This document shows, piece by piece, positions 56,819 through 64,000 of a stretch of 64,000 nucleotides of DNA; the stretch's first letter is position 1; each line of letters starts with the position of its first letter. The DNA lies in assembly GCA_008125075.1 (NCBI GenBank), contig VLTH01000002.1, positions 1,307,965 to 1,371,964 on the forward strand, written 5' to 3'. Made by a program: the position numbers and the translations under genes. This stretch comes from Acetivibrio alkalicellulosi. Its GTDB lineage: Bacteria; Bacillota; Clostridia; Acetivibrionales; Acetivibrionaceae. A model generated the notes under the pieces. That model saw nothing but the letters and a program-made list of their open reading frames with translations, made no database searches and was not told the DNA's origin.

Positions 56819-58566
56819 TGATATCAAACAATGAATTTTCTCAGACCCATCAAGTAGCAGAATTGTTGGAAAGTATTATGATTAGTTCCACCGAACATGG
56901 TATTATTTCAACAGACATTAATAACCGAATTATCCTTTGGAATAAAGGTGCAGAAAAAATTTATGGATATTCTCATGCTGAGATGATTGGTCATGAATTA
57001 CCTTCTAATCTTCACAAAAAAGGAGCCCTTGACAACGAGTTTTTATTTTTAGCTGATAATGCTCTAAAGTCAAATTTTATTGATTATAAAATGAGTGCTG
57101 TAAGAAAAGACGGTTCTTTACTTCCTGTTTCTATTACTGTTACTCCTAGAATAAATAAAAAAAATCATATGGTTGGTTTACTAATAATAACGAGAGATAT
57201 TACAAAATACGTCCATCAGGATCAATGCAAAGCTGCACTTATTGAAATTGCACAACTTGTAAATTCGCCAAAATCTATAGATGAAATGTGTTTATCCATA
57301 TGCAACACAATAAGCTCTTTTTTAAATATACCAGCGGTATTTATATGCTTGTTTGATTATAAAAGTAACTCTTTTTGTATTAATTCCCAATCAGGCTTAT
57401 GCAAAAATTTCAAATCCCATAAATGTAGTTATTACTCAAACCAACATAATGTTCCTGAAAAAATAAAGGGATGCTTTGAAACATATTCACAATTCATAAT
57501 AAACTCAGAAAAACTTGAAAAACATGAAATCTACAAATATTTAGATCATACTAATTCAAACGATGATTTATCAATAATACACATTCCTCTTTCTTCGGAT
57601 GTCTCCTTAATGGGAATTCTTCATATTATAGTTTCCACCTCCCATATGAAATTTTTACTTAAGGAATCACAGGTATTAAGTCTTATAGCTAATGAAATAA
57701 CTGCAGGTATACAAAGAAAACGCCTTGTTGAAGAAATACAAGATTATGCTGATAATCTTGAAAAAATGGTTAAAATTCGAACAGACCAACTCCGTGAAAA
57801 AGATGCCCAGTTAATTCAATCTGGAAAGCTTGCCACTTTAGGTGAAATGGCAACAGGTATAGCTCATGAAATAAATCAACCATTAGGTGGCATTAGCCTT
57901 ATCACTCAAGGACTTATTCTGGCAAAAGTCAGAAATAAGCTAAATGATAAACTTTTTTTTGAAAAACTAAATGCCATAATTGAACAAATTGAGAGGATAA
58001 ATAAAATAATTGGACATTTGAGAACCTTTGCAAGACAATCTGATCATACAAAAAAAGAAATATATATAACCAAACCCCTATTGGATGTATTTAAACTTAT
58101 AGGTGAACAACTTACTAAAAAAGCTATAACTATAGAACTTGATCTTGAAGATAATTTACAACCAGTATTTGCAGATCACAACAAACTTGAGCAAGTGTTT
58201 TTAAATATTATTGGTAATGCTAAAGACGCAATTTTAGATCTTGAAAAACTTGGTGCCCAGCTAAAAACTGGTGACGAAAGGGCTAAGTGGTTAGATTCCT
58301 TTAAAAAGAAAATAATAATAAGAGGCTATTGTGACAAGGAAAATGTTATAATTGAAATTATAGATAATGGAATAGGAATTTCTAAACCAGTTATTCAAAA
58401 AATCTTTGAACCATTTTTCACTACCAAAGAAGTAGGAAAAGGTACGGGATTAGGCCTTTCAATAACATATGGAATTATACGAGAATTTGATGGCACAATA
58501 GATATAGAATCAGAAGAAATGAAAGGAAGTAAATTTATAATAAAGCTCCCCATATACAAAAAATAG
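56818..58566 (+). CDS. Cytoplasmic sensor histidine kinase (PAS - GAF-like - HisKA - HATPase_c).
   Basis: Its start overlaps the upstream stop (ATGA). H-box HEINQPLGG is present, as are the N-box/G-box residues NAKDA...DNGIGI...GTGLGLSI. No transmembrane segments. Confidence 0.9.
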   Translation: MISNNEFSQTHQVAELLESIMISSTEHGIISTDINNRIILWNKGAEKIYGYSHAEMIGHELPSNLHKKGALDNEFLFLADNALKSNFIDYKMSAVRKDGSLLPVSITVTPRINKKNHMVGLLIITRDITKYVHQDQCKAALIEIAQLVNSPKSIDEMCLSICNTISSFLNIPAVFICLFDYKSNSFCINSQSGLCKNFKSHKCSYYSNQHNVPEKIKGCFETYSQFIINSEKLEKHEIYKYLDHTNSNDDLSIIHIPLSSDVSLMGILHIIVSTSHMKFLLKESQVLSLIANEITAGIQRKRLVEEIQDYADNLEKMVKIRTDQLREKDAQLIQSGKLATLGEMATGIAHEINQPLGGISLITQGLILAKVRNKLNDKLFFEKLNAIIEQIERINKIIGHLRTFARQSDHTKKEIYITKPLLDVFKLIGEQLTKKAITIELDLEDNLQPVFADHNKLEQVFLNIIGNAKDAILDLEKLGAQLKTGDERAKWLDSFKKKIIIRGYCDKENVIIEIIDNGIGISKPVIQKIFEPFFTTKEVGKGTGLGLSITYGIIREFDGTIDIESEEMKGSKFIIKLPIYKK

Positions 58567-58584
58567 TCCTTTCTCCCACTTACC

Positions 58585-58640
58585 CACACTTCAGAGTTCA
58601 TATTTTTTAAGTGAAGAAAAACATTCACTAAATACACCCC
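58585..58640 (+). repeat. R3-d: a fragment of the R3 left inverted repeat.
   Basis: gttcatattttttaagtgaagaaaaacattcac. Confidence 0.5.
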
Positions 58641-58663
58641 CCTACTTCCCCACTTCAAAAACA

Positions 58664-58692
58664 ATTGTTAATAAACTCTCAAAGTGGTATAA
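58664..58692 (+). promoter_or_regulatory. Sigma-A-type promoter (TTGTTA, 17 nt, TGgTATAAT extended -10) driving rqcH through a 5' leader of about 150 nt.
   Basis: Motifs and spacing seen directly. The leader contains the inverted repeats cattcc...ggaatg and cccg...cggg. Confidence 0.5.
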
Positions 58693-58846
58693 TAACTAAT
58701 GGCTAAGAAATAACATCCGATTCTCATCGTCCAAAACCCGTTAAAACATCGGGATTTTGTCCTTGAGAATACGAAGTTATTTCTAAAGCATTCCTAACTA
58801 CGGAATGTCTGACTATTTTAATTATTGTGTAAAAGAGGTGTGAAAG

Positions 58847-60616
58847 GTGCCATTTGATGGTGTAGTAGTAAAAAATATTGTTAATGATTTGTCCATTGCA
58901 CTTACAGGAGGACGAATTGAAAAAATATATCAACCAGAATATGATGAAATACTAATAAATTTAAGATCAAAAGGTCAAAACCACAAGCTTGTAATGTCTG
59001 CAAATGCAAGCTATCCAAGAATTCATTTAACCAATAATACAAAGGAGAATCCTTCTTCTCCACCTGTTTTTTGTATGCTTTTGAGAAAGCATTTATCAGG
59101 GGGAAAAATAACAGGTGTAAGCTTTCATGACTTTGAAAGAATAGTTACAATACATATAGAAAACATAAGTGAATTAGGTGATTTAACATACAAAAGTCTA
59201 ATAATTGAAATAATGGGTAAGCACAGTAATATAATCCTTGTTAACTCCGAGAATAAAATTATTGATTCTATAAAACATGTAGACAGCGACATTAGCAGTG
59301 TAAGAGAAGTTATGCCTGCAAGACAATATACCCCTCCCCCTTTGCAGGATAAAGTAAGCCCTGACAATCTTGACATTGAGAATTTATTTAGCTCATCAGA
59401 AAAATTAACAAACTTAAGAGTATCTAAATACCTATTAAGTAACATTAAAGGATTTAGCCCTCTTCTTTGTAAAGAGGTTTGTTTTCGTGCCGGAGTTGAT
59501 GATGATGCTTTTATTGATAATCTCTCATCTAAAGAAACTGAAAATATAAAACTAGCTTTAAGAGACTTGTTTTTAAATATTATTGACTCAAAATTCTCAC
59601 CCTGTATAATATGGAGTGATAAGAGTATTTTAAAACCACTTGATTTTCATTCAATTGAAATAAAACAGTATAATGATATAGATAAGTATGATTCAATCAG
59701 TCATGTATTAGATATGTTTTATTCTTCAAAAGATAATTCTGAAAGACTTGTACAAAAAAAATCAGTAATGTTTAAAACTCTTAACAATAGTATTGAACGC
59801 TGTAACAGAAAAATAACAATATATCAGGACATAATAAGAGAATCATCCCAAATGGAAAAATACAAGTTATTTGGAGAGTTAATAACCGCAAATATCTACT
59901 GTATTCCAAAAAACTCCGATAAAATTTCACTAATCAATTATTATAGTGAAGATAATGAGTATGTAGAAATATCACTTGATAAAAACCTTTTACCTCATGA
60001 AAATGCCCAAAAGTACTATAAAAAGTATACCAAATCAAAAACCGCATATGGTCACGCTAAGGAACAGCTTAAAGAAACACTTTCTGAATTAGAGTATTTA
60101 GAAAGCGTCCATCACAACCTTGAAAACTGTTCATCTTTATTAGAAATTGAAGAAATTAAACAAGAATTAATATTGGGTGGATATATGGTTTCAAGTAAAA
60201 AAAAGAAATCTAAAAAACATGCCCCAGCCTCGGCTCCTCTAACATATAAATCTTCAGATGGACTTTTAATATATGTGGGTAAAAATAATGTGCAAAATGA
60301 TATTTTAACACTGAAAATGTCCTCTTCAAATGATATCTGGCTTCACACAAAAAACATTCCTGGCTCACATGTTATAATCAAAAAAGACAGAAATGATATT
60401 CCAGATACTACACTTTTAGAAGGTGCATTACTAGCTGCATATCATAGCAAAGCAAAACAGTCATCACATGTTGAAATTGACTATACTACAGTGAAAAATG
60501 TTAAAAAACCTAATGGAGCAAAGCCTGGCATGGTAAATTATTTTAATTATAAAACTATAGTTGTTACACCTGATGATAATTCTATTAAAAATATTGAAAA
60601 AATTGATACTTATTAA
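58847..60616 (+). CDS. rqcH: RqcH/FbpA (NFACT-family ribosome quality-control protein; fibronectin-binding protein A homologue).
   Basis: GTG start with an AAGAGGTG RBS. 589 aa. N-terminal NFACT-N, a coiled coil, and a C-terminal NFACT-R/DUF814 region (IWLHTKNIPGSHVII). Confidence 0.85.
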   Translation: MPFDGVVVKNIVNDLSIALTGGRIEKIYQPEYDEILINLRSKGQNHKLVMSANASYPRIHLTNNTKENPSSPPVFCMLLRKHLSGGKITGVSFHDFERIVTIHIENISELGDLTYKSLIIEIMGKHSNIILVNSENKIIDSIKHVDSDISSVREVMPARQYTPPPLQDKVSPDNLDIENLFSSSEKLTNLRVSKYLLSNIKGFSPLLCKEVCFRAGVDDDAFIDNLSSKETENIKLALRDLFLNIIDSKFSPCIIWSDKSILKPLDFHSIEIKQYNDIDKYDSISHVLDMFYSSKDNSERLVQKKSVMFKTLNNSIERCNRKITIYQDIIRESSQMEKYKLFGELITANIYCIPKNSDKISLINYYSEDNEYVEISLDKNLLPHENAQKYYKKYTKSKTAYGHAKEQLKETLSELEYLESVHHNLENCSSLLEIEEIKQELILGGYMVSSKKKKSKKHAPASAPLTYKSSDGLLIYVGKNNVQNDILTLKMSSSNDIWLHTKNIPGSHVIIKKDRNDIPDTTLLEGALLAAYHSKAKQSSHVEIDYTTVKNVKKPNGAKPGMVNYFNYKTIVVTPDDNSIKNIEKIDTY

Positions 60617-60632
60617 GTAAGGAGTGTTTTAA

Positions 60633-61817
60633 ATGATATCAAAAAAAATAGTTGAAAATCTTTCAAATTCCTCATGGATTCGTGCAATGTTTGAAGAAGG
60701 AGCAAAACTTCGTAAACTTCATGGAGACAATAATGTGTATGATTTCACATTGGGCAACCCCGATCCTGAGCCACCTGAAAGTGTAAAAGAATCTCTTAAA
60801 AATTTGGTTATGTCCGGTAAACCAGGTATTCATAGATATATGAGTAATGCTGGTTTTAATGATGTAAGAGAAAAAATTGCAGAAAATATTAATAATGAAA
60901 CAGGACTTATATTATCAGAAAGTCACATTATAATGACATGTGGCGCTGCTGGAGGTCTTAATGTTGTTTTGAAAACCCTTTTAAATCCTGATGAAGAAGT
61001 TATTATTTTTTCTCCATATTTTGCAGAATATAAATTTTACATTGAAAACCACAGTGGAAAAACAGTTGTAGTATCACCAGTAAAGGATACCTTTGAACCT
61101 GATATGAAGGAATTTGAAAATAGTATTAACAAAAACACAAAAGCAATAATTATTAATTCTCCTAATAATCCTTCAGGCTATATCTATAGGGAAGATACTT
61201 TAAGGAGTATTTTGAAAATTATAGAGGATAAAGAAAAACAATTCAACACCACTATTTATGTAATATCTGACGAGCCTTATAACAAGCTGATTTATGACGA
61301 TGTGAAACTTCCTAGTATTTTAAAAATTTTTAAAAATTCCTTTGTAATAAATTCATTTAGTAAATCCCTATCATTACCTGGCGAAAGAATAGGTTATATT
61401 GCAGTCAATCCTCAACTATCTGATATTGACCTTTTAATTAACTCTCTAGTTTTCTGCAATCGCATATTAGGGTATGTTAATGCCCCTGCATTATTTCAAA
61501 AAGTTATAGCTCAATCAATTGATGCAAATGTTGATGTAGAAATTTATAAAACAAGACGTGACTTATTGTATGATATTCTTACTAAAACAGGTTTTTCATG
61601 TACTAAACCTCAAGGTGCTTTCTATCTGTTTCCTAAATCGCCTATTGATGATGATGTTGAGTTTGTTAAGCACGCATTAAAGTACAATCTCCTTTTAGTA
61701 CCAGGAAAAGGATTTGGTTGTCCAGGTTATTTTAGACTGACATATTGTGTTAGTAATGAAACTATAAAAAACTCCTATTCTGCTTTTGAATCATTAGCAA
61801 AAGACTACGGACTATAA
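60633..61817 (+). CDS. Class I/II pyridoxal-phosphate-dependent aminotransferase (aspartate/aromatic aminotransferase-like).
   Basis: TAAGGAG RBS. SFSKSLSLPGERIGY carries the PLP-lysine motif. The NPSG motif is present. 394 aa. Confidence 0.85.
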   Translation: MISKKIVENLSNSSWIRAMFEEGAKLRKLHGDNNVYDFTLGNPDPEPPESVKESLKNLVMSGKPGIHRYMSNAGFNDVREKIAENINNETGLILSESHIIMTCGAAGGLNVVLKTLLNPDEEVIIFSPYFAEYKFYIENHSGKTVVVSPVKDTFEPDMKEFENSINKNTKAIIINSPNNPSGYIYREDTLRSILKIIEDKEKQFNTTIYVISDEPYNKLIYDDVKLPSILKIFKNSFVINSFSKSLSLPGERIGYIAVNPQLSDIDLLINSLVFCNRILGYVNAPALFQKVIAQSIDANVDVEIYKTRRDLLYDILTKTGFSCTKPQGAFYLFPKSPIDDDVEFVKHALKYNLLLVPGKGFGCPGYFRLTYCVSNETIKNSYSAFESLAKDYGL

Positions 61818-61822
61818 AAATG

Positions 61823-61940
61823 TCATATCGCAGCGGAAGCTGCAATCATAGTAGTTAAGTTCCGTTGCGATAAACAGAGGAACTATATCTTCTAAAAAGT
61901 TTGCTAAAAAAATCAAACTTTTTGAGAAGAATAGTATATA
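61823..61940 (+). repeat. R4-b: the second near-identical copy of the R4 double-hairpin repeat. It starts 6 bp after the aminotransferase stop and lies 390-500 bp upstream of the GH9 gene.
   Basis: About 97% identical to 52488-52605. Confidence 0.85.
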
Positions 61941-62162
61941 GTATTTGCCCCCTAAAAAAAAGAATTGTTAGCGAATACTATAATATGAGGTATGTATAAG
62001 GTGTTATTACTACTCGTTCATGGCGACTCTACTCAACCTAAAGATACTTAGAGGAACTCCAACTTAATAGAAGGTGGAGTTATAGAATAAAATATAAGAT
62101 AAAAAGTTTATAGGTAATTTTTTACCTGATGCTTAATATCAATTATCTCTTTGTGAAAGGAT

Positions 62163-62210
62163 GTATTAAGTGAATTTTTTTCTTCACTTAAAAAATATGC
62201 ACCCTTTGTG
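62163..62210 (-). repeat. R3-e: a minimal R3 element consisting almost only of the two inverted repeats (a palindrome aagtgaa...ttcactt).
   Basis: The reverse complement reads gggtgcatattttttaagtgaagaaaaaaattcacttaatac. Confidence 0.6.
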
Positions 62211-62220
62211 AAACGACATA

Positions 62221-62294
62221 GAAATGCTGAAAATATAACTTCCACAGGCCTTATCTTACACTGTAACAAGTGGAAGTAATATTTCAGACATTCC
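62221..62294 (+). repeat. R2-c: a minimal R2 MITE (25-bp terminal inverted repeats around a 24-nt loop) located 33 bp upstream of the GH9 start codon, so it is probably transcribed in the 5' UTR.
   Basis: gaaatgctgaaaatataacttccac aggccttatcttacactgtaacaa gtggaagtaatatttcagacattcc. Confidence 0.8.
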
Positions 62295-62326
62295 TTAAAT
62301 AAAAATTTTAAAGGAGCGATGTACAA

Positions 62327-64000
62327 TGAAAAAAATTATTAGTGTAGTTATTGTTGTTGCTGTTTTGGTGGGAGTTTTAACAGTTACTCCATCTCCAGCA
62401 GAGGCATCAACTTTTAACTACGGAGAAGCATTACAAAAATCTATTATGTTTTATGAATTTCAGATGTCAGGTAAGCTTCCGGACAACTTAAGAACCAACT
62501 GGCGTGGGGATTCTTGTTTAGATGACGGAAGCGATGTAGGATTAGATCTTACAGGTGGTTGGTTTGACGCAGGAGACCATATAAAGTTTAATCTTCCCAT
62601 GTCTTACACTTCTACCATGCTTGCATGGGCAGTATACGAGTACAAGGATGCACTTGAAAGAAGCGGCCAGCTTCCATACATAAAACAACAAATCAGATGG
62701 GCAACAGAGTACTTTATAAAATGCCATCCAGAAAAATATGTTTATTACTATCAGGTTGGTGACGGTATTACCGATCATAGATGGTGGGTACCCGCAGAAG
62801 TAATTCATCTTCAATCTGTTAGAAAATCTCATAAAGTAACACTAGACAGCCCTGGTTCTGCAGTTGTTGCTGGAACAGCTGCTGCACTTGCATCAGCTGC
62901 AATAGTTTTTCAAGACTCAGACCCTGCATATGCTGCATTATGTCTTAAACATGCAAAAGATTTATTTGATTTTGCCGACAGAACCCAAAGTGATGCAGGT
63001 TATACTGCTGCAAATAACTACTATGACTCATGGAGCGGTTTTTGGGACGAGTTATCATGGGCAGGCGTATGGATTTACATGGCAAGTGGAGAAAAAGCAT
63101 TTCTAGATAAAGCTGAAAGTTATGTAGCTAACTGGAACAGAGAAGAGAGAACTAACCTTCTTGCATATAAATGGGGACACTGTTGGGATGATGTTATGTA
63201 TGGTGCATCACTTCTTCTAGCTAAAGCAACAAACAAATCAATTTACAAAGAACATGTTGAAAGACACCTTGACTACTGGTCTGTAGGTTATAACGGAGAA
63301 AGAATTACTTATACTCCAAAAGGCCTTGCTCATTTATTCGTTTGGGGAGTTCTAAGACATGCAACAACAACTGCCTTTTTAGCATCTGTATATTCTGACT
63401 GGTCAGAATGCCCTCCTGCAAAAGCAAAAACTTATATGGATTTTGCAAAGCAGCAGGTAGATTATGCTTTAGGAAGCAGTGGTAGAAGCTATGTAGTTGG
63501 GTTTGGTGTAAATCCACCTCAGCACCCTCATCACAGAACAGCTCATAGTTCATGGATTGATACAATGGAAGAGCCTTCTTATCATAGACACGTTCTTTAT
63601 GGAGCTCTTGTTGGAGGTCCTAATCAAAGTGATGCATATGTTGATGATATAGGTGATTATATAACTAATGAAGTTGCTTGTGATTACAATGCTGGTTTTG
63701 TTGGTGCTCTTGCTAAAATGTACGACGTTTATGGTGGTGACCCTATACCTGGCTTTAACGCAATTGAAGAAGTTCCATATCCAGAAATTTACGTTACAGC
63801 TTCACTAAGTAGCAGAACAACAGCAACTGAAGTAAAAGCATTTTTAATAAATAAATCTGGTTGGCCTGCAAGAGTTAAAGACACTCTATCATTTAAATAT
63901 TTTGTAGATCTAACAGATTTTATCAATGCTGGACACAGCCCTAACGAAATTACTTCATCAATAATTTATAGCGCGGCACCTACTGCTAAGATTACAGGAC
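62327..64000 (+). CDS. Secreted family-9 glycoside hydrolase (endoglucanase, GH9 theme B) followed by a CBM3c-like module. 3'-partial: it continues beyond the window end.
   Basis: Signal peptide [27 protein letters not shown]. The GH9 signatures [16 protein letters not shown] and the catalytic region [23 protein letters not shown] are present. The downstream segment [10 protein letters not shown]...[10 protein letters not shown] matches the start of a CBM3c module. Confidence 0.9.

Overview
AT-rich (~30% GC) chromosomal window from a Clostridia-type Firmicute with a plant-polysaccharide-degrading lifestyle. Coding content, all called from reading frames, ribosome-binding sites and motifs only: (1) a giant secreted multi-domain surface protein of more than 4260 aa, running off the window start on the minus strand; (2) an orphan peptide-binding lipoprotein, a PgeF/YfiH-family protein, an aldo-keto reductase with an Fe-S domain, a methyl-accepting chemotaxis protein and a GGDEF-EAL membrane sensor with a coupled lipoprotein; (3) a short-form NfeD-like / flotillin operon followed by a 1655-aa AAA+ ATPase; (4) an orphan PilM-like gene with small hypothetical genes; (5) a [FeFe]-hydrogenase maturase cluster of TM1266-like protein, HydG, a DUF3343-HydE fusion and a cysteine desulfurase; (6) an Mrp-type antiporter operon in the order E-F-G-B-like-B-C-D with no large MrpA; (7) a P-type cation ATPase, a PPK2 polyphosphate kinase, a non-cellulosomal GH11 xylanase (GH11-CBM6-CBM6-CBM2), a long-form NfeD protease, a DUF503 protein, a REC-PP2C / PAS-GAF histidine kinase pair, RqcH/FbpA, an aminotransferase, and a GH9-CBM3c cellulase running off the window end. 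The most unusual feature is the non-coding DNA. At least four families of short dispersed palindromic repeats with terminal inverted repeats (MITE-like), here called R1 to R4, fill nearly every intergenic region. They nest, and some carry compensatory base changes in their stems. No transposase, integrase, CRISPR array, tRNA or rRNA is present. The main follow-up candidates are the nfeD-floT-giant ATPase cluster, the giant beta-helix/FN3 protein with tandem module repeats, the repeat families (especially R4 upstream of three secreted-enzyme genes) and the hyd maturase cluster with the DUF3343 fusion.
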